DNA from: Atractiella rhizophila
Taxonomy: Eukaryota
Reading direction: 5' to 3'
NCBI GenBank assembly: GCA_021432655.1
Contig: MU271318.1
Span: 62,001-94,481 of the forward strand
DNA length: 32,481 bases
Shown here: positions 1-10,170 of the stretch, one piece after another
Layout of the letters: each line of letters starts with the position of its first letter
Position numbering within the stretch: position 1 is the stretch's first letter
The notes under the pieces: generated by a model
Told to the model about the DNA's origin: nothing
What the model saw: only the letters and a program-made list of their open reading frames with translations
Database searches by the model: none
Program-made: the position numbers and the translations under genes

Positions 1-800
1 CCAAAAGCAGAGAAAGGAAAGAACTTACTGCTTGCAGTGTCCCAGTCAGAGCTCCACCTCTTGTTCCAGTTCCTTGCTCCAAGTCCAGCACCTTTTGCAA
101 CACCACAGGCTGCACGAGAGTGGTGGCCAGCTGGTGTGATGCAGCCAAAGGAGTTGCCTGCCTTGAGCCAGACATTGACAATGGCCGTTCGAGTGTGTGT
201 GCGGTATCGGAATACTCGAACGCCGTTACCTTCTTGGAATTATGTGAGAATTATGGTCTTTACGATACACTACACAGTAATGGCAGCTTCCATCCATCAA
301 CGTGCCTTCCACAATGAAGGCCATCAATTGATTGATCGAGCTTAATAATTTAGTTATGTACTTTTTATCCACGTGTCAAACCCTGATAAGTTCTTTGTTT
401 ACCCGATCTGATAAATTACAAATTGTATCTGTTTCTGGGTCTGTCTCTTCTTGCCGTTTCTGCAAGTCAACGTCCTCGCTGGTCCTGGGCTAGGATTAGC
501 CCAGAAAGAGTGCCCAAGAAATCCCGGAAGATTCTTGGTGACAGGGATGTGACGAACGTGAAGCGCTTGATGGATGATCAGAACTCCCTGGTCTTTAGCC
601 TGTACAAACATAGAAGACTTCCAAGGTTCAAAGTACCATCGCACTCACAAGTCTCTTCAATGTGGTCCAGAAAACTGAAGAGGGCTGAGTGGATACGAAT
701 CGTATTTTAATGAAGGCAACGCATGATTACCTCCTTTGACCTTAGCTTTCCAAATCAAGGTACCCTAGTATCCCCAAAATTTCCACAGAAACTTACCCAG
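1..800 (+). mobile_element. Highly degraded non-LTR retrotransposon (LINE) fragment: APE endonuclease end and EN-RT linker
   Basis: Broken frames give motif-like pieces in LINE ORF2 order: GKNLLLAV...FLAPS (cf. GR.L...VYAP), FLELCENYGLYDTLH...FHP, LIDRA (cf. SRIDR), RSDKL (cf. SDH), RPRWSWARISPER...KRLMDDQNSLV, KSRYPSIP (cf. KSPGPDG). Many stops and frameshifts. Confidence 0.4.
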
Positions 801-1035
801 TTCTCCAATGATGTCGAGATATTATAAAATAGTCAACTACATATACCTAGCACCTGAAGACTGAAACTGGCCAGAACGTTTAGACGCTGCTGCTTCGTCA
901 CAGGAGGGATCTCAGGCTTGGCTTTCCCTTGCTTCTTAACCCAGTGTCTCAGAGTGGAGAGCGGAGAGGCAGCTGATAACGACGAGCCGGTTGATAATTT
1001 CAAGCAGGGATAAGTAGGAGGCATCCTGTTCAGTA

Positions 1036-1964
1036 ACGACCCTACAGGGACAACGGTGAAACATGCTGAGTGGTGAACTTAATTTTCGACCCTTGGTGTT
1101 TCGACGAGTATGGAGTGTTTTCGCTTGATTCTTTAGTATTATGTGGAGCTAAGTGAATACGTTCTATATCCCAAAAAAAAGCTGGACTACTACTAATTTG
1201 ATTGAGTTTCACATATTGAATATGCCGAACTTGTCCTAATTCAAAATTTCGTGGCAGAGCATCTAGCAGGTAGCGACAAGCCAGACCTACGATATACAAC
1301 CTGTAATCAGACCTTTTAAAGCTTAGAATGTGAATAAAGTGATGTATACTGGTGTCGGCTTTTGCCGAAACTGCATGTCTTCGTCCTTTGTTTGATAGCC
1401 CTGCAGTCGGTTCACGAGGCTTTGGCGAGGAACACGAAATGTTCTTGCTATGGCAGTAACAGTGATGGGAAACTCCGTTCTCTTGTTCTTGGCCTGTCTC
1501 TTGATGTAGGCAGCGGTGTCTTGAATGAGCTGTCGAGCGTAGGTTTCGGATTTGTTGAGAGCTTCAGTCTTCACTTTTCGAGATTTGGGAGGTTGTTGTT
1601 TTGGTCTGGTCATAACCTAAGAGCTCGTTTATGATGCTGAGGGTCTCCTGAGGGCTGAAGGAATGTTGGATGAGCTGTTGTGGTGGAGGAGGGAGCAGTG
1701 ACGCTATGTGCATGAGCGTGTCACAGTCAGGGGAATCAAGGTTCACCATTGACCCTGCATCCCAGGAACAGGGGACCACTACTTTCGATGTTGATTGCTC
1801 TCATAATCGTTACCCGATAAGCTACTCCACTTGACGATAACATCTAAACAATCGAGCTGAACATATGTTGTCACGGTTCCTTAAATTTCTCAAACCTATG
1901 AATGGCATCACACTTTTTGTTGCAAAAAAACCCAAAGTTGTCACCGTTGTCCCTGGGGGGTCGT
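1036..1964 (-). mobile_element. Non-autonomous Tc1/mariner (pogo/Fot1-like) DNA transposon, internal deletion derivative
   Basis: 24-bp TIRs: ACGACCCTACAGGGACAACGGTGA at 1036-1059 and its inverse at 1941-1964 (22/24 identical). TA flanks both ends (1034-1035, 1965-1966). Carries an HTH_psq-like ORF but no DDD domain. Confidence 0.9.
1323..1613 (-). pseudogene. Truncated pogo/Fot1 transposase, N-terminal HTH_psq/CENP-B-like DNA-binding domain only
   Basis: ITVTAIARTFRVPRQSLVNRLQG fits the psq-type HTH pattern (AA..FGVPRSTL..RL.G) and is followed by RQKPTP (cf. QKLT). Lies between the TIRs. Confidence 0.8.
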
Positions 1965-2279
1965 TAGACAGGAGAATTGGAGGATTTCAGACAGAGAGTC
2001 ATTTGAAACAAGCAATCACACACAGGTCTTCTGAGTGATCATCAGGCAAGGGTGCCTTTCCCTTCCTTAGCTACGTGAGCCCAAGATTGTAATCTTGAGG
2101 TTGCGTGACCTGGTCAGCCCTAACACTGGCCACTATTTACATTCTACATAAATCAGCGCCAGTTAGCCGGTTTGCACCTCCATCATCACTCTGCGTCACT
2201 CATCGTCTGTTTAGTTTCTGGGCAAGTCAGCACCCATTTGCCTATTTGTACTCCCATCGCCTGTTTGTGCTTCCTGTTG

Positions 2280-3368
2280 TGCTGTCTACATGGCAAGAGG
2301 AACAATCATTATAGAGTCAAAGGCGTCCAGAGCATATAAGGGTATTCAATAATGCTTTTGCCTTTACATCCTTAGGTGTCTGCCAGGTATCGATTTCTGG
2401 ACATAGTCCCTACTCCTTCAAAATTCAGCGAGAACTATGCCCCCTTATTGGTACTCTTATACCACAACAAGAAGGGGTGAAACATTTCCACAGGTCTACA
2501 TTACAGATTCAGCTGTACAGACTGAAGGAAGAGTTGGGAACACTTCAGTCTCACTGAATTGTAATATGCTAGAAGACCTTCAGACTATGCTCTTCTGTGT
2601 TAACCCATATCTCAGGATCTACAAATTTGCAAAAGAAAGAATGGAACAGGATCCCACTACTGCAATACATCTTTGCGCGGTCGCTCCGCGAGATAGGGAC
2701 CCAAGATGATACAACATTCCTGAGCCGGTGAAGTTGCTGTAGTGATGATAGGAGATGGCAACAGAGAAGAATATGGAGTGGCCAGAGATATCATCATCCA
2801 GCTCAGGGCAAGCACAACCGGTAGCAACTTACAGCATGTCAATGAGCTCAACTCAAATTATCTTCCACTTCGTTTTCTCTTCTGTTTCCATGTGGGGACC
2901 AAGGATGGCATTCACAGATCCGTATCGAGACCTGCCTGCACATCTTCCTCCTCACGAGTGAGAGTGCTTCACTGATGATGGCATGCAAGTTGGTAATTCT
3001 GCGGTATGACAATGTGTCAGCCCAAATGGAGTTCTATTCTTACATGTTGCATCAATGAAATGATATATTCTTACTACCTCTCTATGGTGGTCAGCTACTG
3101 CAAGAATTGGTAGTTGATGCTTATGCTCAAATTGAGGCAAATCGGCTCCGCTATCTGCAGTTCAATCAGTCTATTCTTTGAGCTGAGGTGTATCAAGGCA
3201 TTACAGATGCCCTTGCAGAAGGCTATTCTTTAGAAGATACTACAAGGCAGACTATATTACCATCAAGTTTCACTGGCAGTCCATGTTCGATGAATCAGCT
3301 GTTCCAGGATGCAATGGGTATAGTTGGTGCCAAGGAACTCTTTACAACCTTTACTTGCAACCCAAACT
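2280..3368 (+). mobile_element. Helitron RepHel pseudogene fragment (N-terminal region up to Rep motif 1)
   Basis: Across frameshifts: CCLHGK, HIRVFNNAFAFTSLG, FPQVYITD, LQTMLFCVNPY, DPR*YNIP, RDIII, YLPLRF..LFPCGDQGWH, GQLLQELVVDAYAQIEANRLRY, ILPSSFTGSPCSMNQLFQDAMGIV, LFTTFTCNPN. These are characteristic Helitron_like_N motifs. Confidence 0.93.
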
Positions 3369-3870
3369 GTGGCAGCCCCACCGTTTCAAGCTTGTGTATG
3401 TGGCAGTGGACATAGACGAGAAGACGTATCATGCAAACGTACTAGACCGGGAATGGCTAGCAATGGAATACGCCTCATCTCCTCATCTTCTGTCTCCCCT
3501 AACCAGGCCTGTACCTTCCCGTTCAGATGACAGTTCGAACCTACCCTCCGACTGGGACCCATCCAACACCACTCCTCTGCCCCACTCTCCCACAACGAAT
3601 CCTTCTTCCTCCCCTTTGGGGCCAACCTCGACTTCTCCCTCTCTCTCGAAGACCCCACCAGTGGACAATACACCCGTCCCTATTCCTGGGTCTTCCTACC
3701 AGAGAAACACGGAGTGCTCGGCATGCCCGATTTGTTGGTCTGTCACATGGGGAAGAGGAAGATGGTCGATTGGTGGGGCGGGAGCGCGACTTGGGGGTGG
3801 AGAATCAAGCAGAATGGAAAGATCGATGGATCAAATCGTCGTTGGAGGACGGGCGTGCGTTGCATGAGTT
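3364..3870 (+). pseudogene. Fragment of a thioredoxin-like (nucleoredoxin/tryparedoxin, Thioredoxin_8-type) gene lacking its N-terminus
   Basis: HRFKLVYVAVDIDEKTYHANVLDREWLAME resembles F.IVFVS.D..E..F......MPWLA. After a probable intron (CTAAC near 3499, CAG at 3524-3526) and a frameshift, RPYSWVFLPEKHGVLGMPDLLVCH resembles the L..K.GV.GIP.LVV cis-Pro motif. Confidence 0.6.
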
Positions 3871-4565
3871 TATCTTTATTCAATGTGGAGAACTCGACGT
3901 CAAAGAGGAGGTCGTATTTGGCAAACATAATTAACCCTTCGTGAATGAATAGGTCAGCGGAAGCAAATAGATAAAAAATAAGACAGCCCTGTTCGGACCC
4001 GATTGGGTTAGGTTGGGTGGAAGTTGCCATCCGGACGTTGAAGGCTTTAGTTCTCCAGCATTTGACTACGAGATAGCGCATAGGTCAAAAAATAAAACCC
4101 ACACTTTTGAGTTCATACTTGTTGCTTCCGGCTGTGCACAGTGAAACAAATGGATTACACAATATGTTTGCTCCTTTTGAAAACCCTAAGGAAGTCTCAA
4201 CAATCCTAGAAGCCAGCTCACCAGAAGATTTGCCTGATAGCGAAGTGATGTTAAATTCCATCAGATTCACATTAGGTGCCAAGTCTCCACTGAAACAAAT
4301 GTCAGGCACCTTTTATGGCACATCCGTGTTGATGAGCCATTCACATTTGAGCAGGAGGCCTTGAAAAGTGTCGTAGCGTGGACTTAGAGCCCCCCTTTGT
4401 AGGCAATCAAGTAGTTTTGGAATATTCAAAGAACGAACTTGTTGAACAATAACACTCTATACTTATCACTAATATCTGCGTTCGTCTGGCAGAAAGGCGG
4501 CCGACAACTCCCACCCTTTTGCTGCAAGGGAATAACCTATAATGCACGTTTTCGAGTATGAGATC

Positions 4566-5145
4566 CTAAACTATGTGGTCTTTAATCCTTCTGAACTTGA
4601 ACATAGGCAGTAGATCCAATGATTCTGAATCTTGAGATGTTTGGAGTAAGTCTAGTGAGTTTCGTGTGGGGAATAGCATGGTTGATCGAAGCTGAAGGAG
4701 ATCTGTTGTGAATGTGGACAACCACTGAAGCACTAGATGGCCAGAGAAAGAGTGGAAGTCCAGATTCTTCAAGCATGGCAACCATGGTCTCCTGAATCAT
4801 CCTATTGGCTCGTTCTGCCCTGCCATTCTGATGAGGAGAGTTCCTGATAGTCTGTTCGCACCGGATACCACAGGCGTTGAGATATCGATCGAATTCTTTG
4901 GAGGAATAAGTGCCTTCCTTATCCTCTCTAAACTTCTTGATTTTCTTCCCAGTGACATTCTCTATCCAATTCTTGAAGATCTTGAAGCATTCTGGGGCCT
5001 CTGACTTCTTCTTGAGGAAGGCAATTGAGCAATGATTCGTTGCTTCGTCAAGGGAAGTGACCCAGTATCGATATCCTTCTCTGGATGTGACTGGAAGAGG
5101 TCCATGCAAGCCTGAGCTGATCCTACCCAATATCTCTTCTCCCTA
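4566..5145 (-). mobile_element. Ty1/copia LTR retrotransposon integrase core (rve) and start of SH3-like domain, degraded
   Basis: LGRISSGLHGP, GYRYWVTSLDEAT, FLKKKSEA, KIKKFREDKEGTY, SPHQNGRAERANRMIQE, ESGLPLFLW, HNRSPS, FRIIGSTAYVQV. Confidence 0.95.
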
Positions 5146-5388
5146 GTGCTCATCCTCATCATGTTGTTGGGAACTCCAGAATTTGCTGGAAATGCTTCCA
5201 CACTGCCTATGGATTCATCTCTATGGCACAAGAGACTTGGACACCTGAATTATGAGGACATCAAGCGTCTTAAGAGGAAGGAACTTGTAAATGGGATGAT
5301 TTTGAACTTGGAGGATGATCCAGACCCTATTTGCGAACCATGCCTAGCTAGGAAGCAGCACAGGGTCTTCAACAAGTAAGCAGAGACT
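5146..5388 (+). mobile_element. Ty1/copia GAG-pre-integrase (HHCC zinc-finger) segment, in opposite orientation to the adjacent rve
   Basis: LWHKRLGHLN...ICEPCLARKQHR is the copia GAG-pre-integrase signature. Confidence 0.92.
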
Positions 5389-7365
5389 ATAACTTCGAGA
5401 CTCCTGCACGGTCCGACAAGAATCATTCTTCCAATACCTTCTGTCCAGAGATTGTGCCTCTGGTTCCATTCTCGTCTTAGTACACCGAGGCCATCAGGTC
5501 GAATACGTGAATTCGACAGAGGTGAGATTTCAAAAGCTGGTGATCGGACGCATCAGCGACGCTGCTGGAAAAAAATTGTTCAAGTACACGTACATGGGAG
5601 AAGAAGATTGTGCGGAGCAACTACTGGAGTCCATTTTCGCTAAGCTGGACCATCATGCCTTGTCTATCAAACTCTTCGTTCTTCGTGCAAATGGGGAATC
5701 AACAAAGACCATTTTGGCTTTGTTAAAGGAGTGGGAGGTGAAGAAGACGGATGTGCTGTGGGATGAAGACAACGCAGAGACTCAAACTCTTGCAACATCG
5801 ATATCTTTTTCACTTGATTCACCTCTTCTGAAAGCACACAAGGACCTAAGCTTGTTCATTCTCGCCCTCCTATCTTGGACACCGGACGGACTTCTCGCTG
5901 GCGATGTTGCGGCCATGACAGAGGAGTCTTGTGTACCTGGTTTCAAAAAGTCTGACGTGGTCATGACGTTAATTTTGTCTGTGGGACTTGCCGAAAGGGT
6001 GGACGATGCCTTGACAAATTCGAGGGGATTGCGCATGCTCGTACCTATTCGTGAATACATTAACCATTTGGTCATCCATCCTTTTCCTCCTTTTGAAGAT
6101 GTTGCCCTGTCCCTTCAGCGCGTAACCCTAAGTCTCCTCGCCAAAGCTCTGGATTGTCTGGGAAATACTGGACGATTTATGATCGACGGTGAACGGATAG
6201 GGGTGTTGGTCCTTCGGAAGGATTATCCAAATCTGGAACACGGTCTTCTTGCTGCTCTTACACATCTGCAAGACCCAACTATGGTGTTACACTTGTTACA
6301 CTTTCTAGGAGAAATATGGCACTTTCTGTCTCACAAACGCCTGCTCTCAATCAGATTACTGCAACAAAGTTTGTGCATCGCAAAAACTATTCAGCCAGCA
6401 AAGTGGCTTCTCGTCGCAGAATTGACGAGCGCTCTGGGGTCTGTGAACCAACAGCTAGGGCATCTGGAACAGGGGCTGAGGCACTTCGAGGAGGCGAAGG
6501 AGCTGTATTTGATGCTAGAAGATCGACTGGGACAAGCTCACTGCATTCGCAGCGTTGCGGAGATCGAGCAGCATCGTGGGCGGAACAAGGAAGCACTGAA
6601 GTACTTTGAGGAGGCAAAGGAGCTATATTTGATGCTGGAAGATCAGCTAGGGCAAGCTCACTGCATTTGCAGTGTTGGGGAGATCGAGCAGCGTCGTGGG
6701 CGGAACGAGGAAGCGCTGAAGTACTTTGAGGAGGCAAAGGAGCTGTATTTGATGGTGGAAGATCGGGGGGGGGACAAGCTGACTGCATTCACAGCGTTGG
6801 GGAGATCGAGCAGCTTCGTGGGCGGAACGAGGAAGCGCTGAAGCACTTTGAGGAGGCAAAGGAGCTGTATTTGATGCTGGCAAATCGGGGGGGACAAGCT
6901 AAGTGCATTCACGGCATTGGGGTGATCGAGCAGCGTCGTGGGCGGAACGAGGAAGCGCTGAAGTACTTTGAGGAGGCAAAGGAGCTGTATTTGCGGGAGG
7001 AAGACATAGGAGGTCAACTGAATTGCCTTGAGGCAATAAGTTATGTTTATGCTCAGGGCTCACAGACCATGTCCAAGGCAATTGAGGTTCATCAAGTGGC
7101 AGTCAATTTGAGCAAGATTGTTGGTGGCTACAATGAAGCTGTAAGCAGAGAGAGCTTAGCACGACTCTTCTTCCAGTCATCTAGTTATCACCTTGCTAGG
7201 GAGGAGATCATGCTTTCCCGTCAGCTCTACAAGGGTTGTGGAAGCTCTTCGGACGTAGATGATTGCGATGTTATGCTTTTTCGGATTGCACAAGCTGAGA
7301 GCTTGACAAATGATGGGTTTTCACATAGTTTTGGTATGTTTCATGCCACAAGCTGTACCATCTGA
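5388..7365 (+). pseudogene. Fungal NLR-like STAND (NB-ARC-type) NTPase with C-terminal TPRs, 5'-truncated at Walker B
   Basis: NFETP (5391-5405, Walker B tail), then a frameshift into ESFFQYLL, GSILVLVHRG (sensor region), LDHHALSIKL (GxP-like), LLKEW..KKTDVL, TSISFSLDSP, LALLSWTPDGL, RMLVPIREY and YPNLEHGL, followed by TPRs. A +2 frameshift at 6765-6773 separates ORF 5507-6841 from ORF 6871-7365. No Walker A or effector domain is present. Confidence 0.88.
6478..6993 (+). repeat. Tandem array of 120-bp (40-aa) high-identity TPR-coding repeats, four full units plus one partial
   Basis: Units start at about 6481, 6601, 6721, 6843 and 6963, each with GAGGAGGC(A/G)AAGGAGCT(G/A)TATTTG. Unit 3 is 122 bp because it has G9 where unit 4 has G7. 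Confidence 0.97.
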
Positions 7366-7713
7366 TCTCCTTTTGCAGAGTGCAAACTTTCGATGTAGCG
7401 ATACTGTTACCCATCATGAACCAATAACCAAATAGGAGGATGTTTGATTCGAATATTGGAACGTTTGGACGATCCAGAGAGAGAGGGGGGGGGTTAGGAT
7501 GGGGGTGGGACCAAGATCAACAGGAGAGGGCAGAACCATCAGAGTCCAACAAAATGGGACTCCAAAGCGAACCAAAGACTGGTGAATTACTCACTTTCAA
7601 ACCAATGGTTTGGAAGGGCGTGCTCTTGCAAGGCTTAGGCAATAGCCTGCACCCTCCCCCCTACTCGTTCCCCTTTGGAACTTCACTTGAATCCTTGAGG
7701 GGAACCTGAGTCG

Positions 7714-10170
7714 CTAGAGGGGACCGACTCCAAGAATTTCCTTACTCCTTTCCTTTTCCAACTTTTCTATAACTTCTCTCAGCCAGTCCAGGAACAAGTC
7801 AGGAATTTTTGTAAATGAAGATGATTTGTTGAATTTATCCGCACTAGTAACGACAAACATTTCCCTTATCTCCAGAATGCATGAACATGCTACCCTCTCA
7901 TCTATCCGTCCTTGGGTGCTGTACACCGGGAATGATGAGTGGGCTGCATCACTTTGCAGGAAGTAGGTAGTCGCCTTTCTTCGTGGTCATCGAGACTGAG
8001 CTCCTTTTCCAGTTCCTGAGCTATGAACGTGCATTCCCATCGCTCTGTTACTTCACTTTCCGCTCCTCCGTCTCCTTCCCATTCTACTGACTTCCTTTCT
8101 CCGTCTTGGACTAGAAAGAATTTCCTAGGCCTGCAGCTTCATCAGAACTGCTTTTTGACCTGCAGGACAGGGGGTGCTGTGCAGTGGTGGCCCCTTCCTC
8201 CCCATTCCATTCCACATATGTTACAATCGTTAGAGTTCGGGGGAAGTGTTCCAGGCGATAGTGGGAATGGGTTGATTGGTGATGCAGCGATTCCTCTTTC
8301 GGTAAACTGTATCAAGACATGATCGTCGTCCGCTTGGTGTGTAGAAAGTAGGATTGATACAGCAAGTATGACTACTTCTTGCAGTATACAAAGCAGCAGA
8401 GAACCCGATAAAACCAAAGACCACTCGACATTTTCCGATGATGACTGCAACGTCTGTCCTTATTGCCTCAAAAACGGCCTCTTCTGCAAGCATCAGGGAC
8501 AATTCCCATAGAGCTTCAAGGAGTGGAGCTATGGCCCAAACTGGCTACACCTGTCACCGACCAGCTTTCTCCTCCTCCAAACTTGAGAACACTTCTGAGC
8601 AAAATGAAGTGCAGCGTCCTCCTTCGCCCGGCACGCTCTCCACTCCGTACCTCCATCTCTTCCTTGACATGGAGCAGTAGGATGGATTGGAAGAGGATTT
8701 GATGTGTCTTACGGAACTGAGGATGGTGCTGCTAAGTGTGACCGTCAGAGAGAAGGAGAGATGATGGGAAAATATAGGAGCAAAGAGATAAGGGATAAAT
8801 GGAGGGAGGAGGCATTGGCGCAGGAAATAGAGGTGTTGGACGTTAGTAGGAGATTGAGTGATCAGGCTGTCCATTCCCTGTGACATAGCAGAAGTCCAAT
8901 TAGGTTTTTCCTGGCAAAGAGAACCTGAAAACCAACCGGATCAATCCGTGGAAATAAAAATGTCGATCCTGCAGCCAGAAATCGACATTCTTCTTGGTTT
9001 CGGGGACAGTGGACCCCAAGTTGTACACGGTTTTCACCTGACTCCGAATATAATTACCTCGGACCTTTGTTAGATTGTCCTCAATCTAACCATGCCATTA
9101 TTGTGATAACGCAATAGAATGCATGAGGAACTCACCATGTCCCTGTACAATTGACAGATCTGAGATATGCCATGACGCTTCTTCCATCCGTCGATCCATA
9201 GGATGGTGTCTGCAGGGGTTAGAAAGGGCATGGTGGTGAAGAGATAGCACTTGATAGCCAAGAGAAACTCGCCATGGGTGGAGTTCGGATGCATGATTTC
9301 ATGCTCATAGCCTCTGTCCTTTGTGCACGATGTTTTGCCAGCTTTGAACCTTCTGCCGTAGACCAACGTGCTTGCAGGGGGACTTCGAAAGGGACAACAT
9401 AGTATTTCTGACAAGAAACTTCAAATGCCTGTCCATTCTTGCTCTTCTTGATCGTTCGGGACAGTCCGCATTTGGGGCAAGCTGGATGATATTTCCAAAC
9501 TCCAGTATAGGCAATGTGAGAATTTGGACACTTGTCGTAAGATTCAGGAATGATGCGACTATGCTGTTCAATGAGGCCCTTGACCTTTTGAAGGCTGAGG
9601 ATATCATAATTGGAGTGAACTTTGAGAAAGGAACTAAAATCTTTATTGAGCTCGTCGGAAGCATGTCCAGCGCAAATCATGAAGAGTTCCACTGAGATAG
9701 TCTCATCTTTACTAAGAGGTACATATTTGTAAAGGTCTTCAACTATTCCTGGCATTTGAAGGTGATGATAAGACTGCATCAGTTCCCATATGAATTCATC
9801 ATGAACTGCAAGATCTCGCGCCATTCTCGCCACTATTTTGGAATTAAGTCAACAAAACTTCAATGAACTTGAAGATCAAACCGAAACTTAAAATACTTAC
9901 ATTCGACATCTTCATTGTCCTCAGCATCTTGCCCCCTTCCGTCCTCCTGCCTTTCGCCCTCTCCATCCTCACCAAAGCTTTCTCAGATAGTACTTCATCC
10001 TCTTCGTTATCCTCGTCCATATTCCTGTGACCAGATACCAATGGCTCAATATCCACCGAATGCTCCTCTATTGCTTGGACCGTAGCCAGTTTCCTGGCAT
10101 TTTCGGAATAAAAGATGGAATGATGGGATGATGGCGGACTTGGGGATGTATGACTACGATGGATTGACAA
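7714..10170 (-). mobile_element. Degraded CACTA/EnSpm (CMC)-like fungal transposase
   Basis: ILSLQKVKGLIEQHSRIIPESYDKCPNSHIAYTG...CPKCGLSR...QKYYVVPFEVPLQARWSTAEGS (9219-9833) fits D.C.NSC.AFTG...CP.C...R...P...LQA.W. Weaker pieces follow: DTILWIDG/CQLYRD, KKNVDFWL, CNICG, KIPDLFLDWLR. Ends are approximate and no TIRs were found. Confidence 0.75.

Noticed and set aside
4085..4560. Minus-strand coding-like remnant (VRSLNIPKLLD...), possibly F-box/LRR-related
   Set aside because: It contains stops and no diagnostic motif, so it is too weak to call.
6478..6993. Regular repeats resembling a CRISPR array
   Set aside because: They are contiguous 120-bp coding units with no unique spacers, in a eukaryotic context.
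6316..7081. Several overlapping repetitive ORFs on other frames and the minus strand
   Set aside because: These are shadow frames of the TPR repeat array.
7478..7510. G-rich run containing GGGTTAGG (telomere-like or G-quadruplex)
   Set aside because: Only one telomere-like unit and no array. Low-complexity sequence explains it.
8440..8860. Plus-strand segment inside the CACTA relic that may be an LRR-protein tail
   Set aside because: Fragmentary, with no motif I can support.
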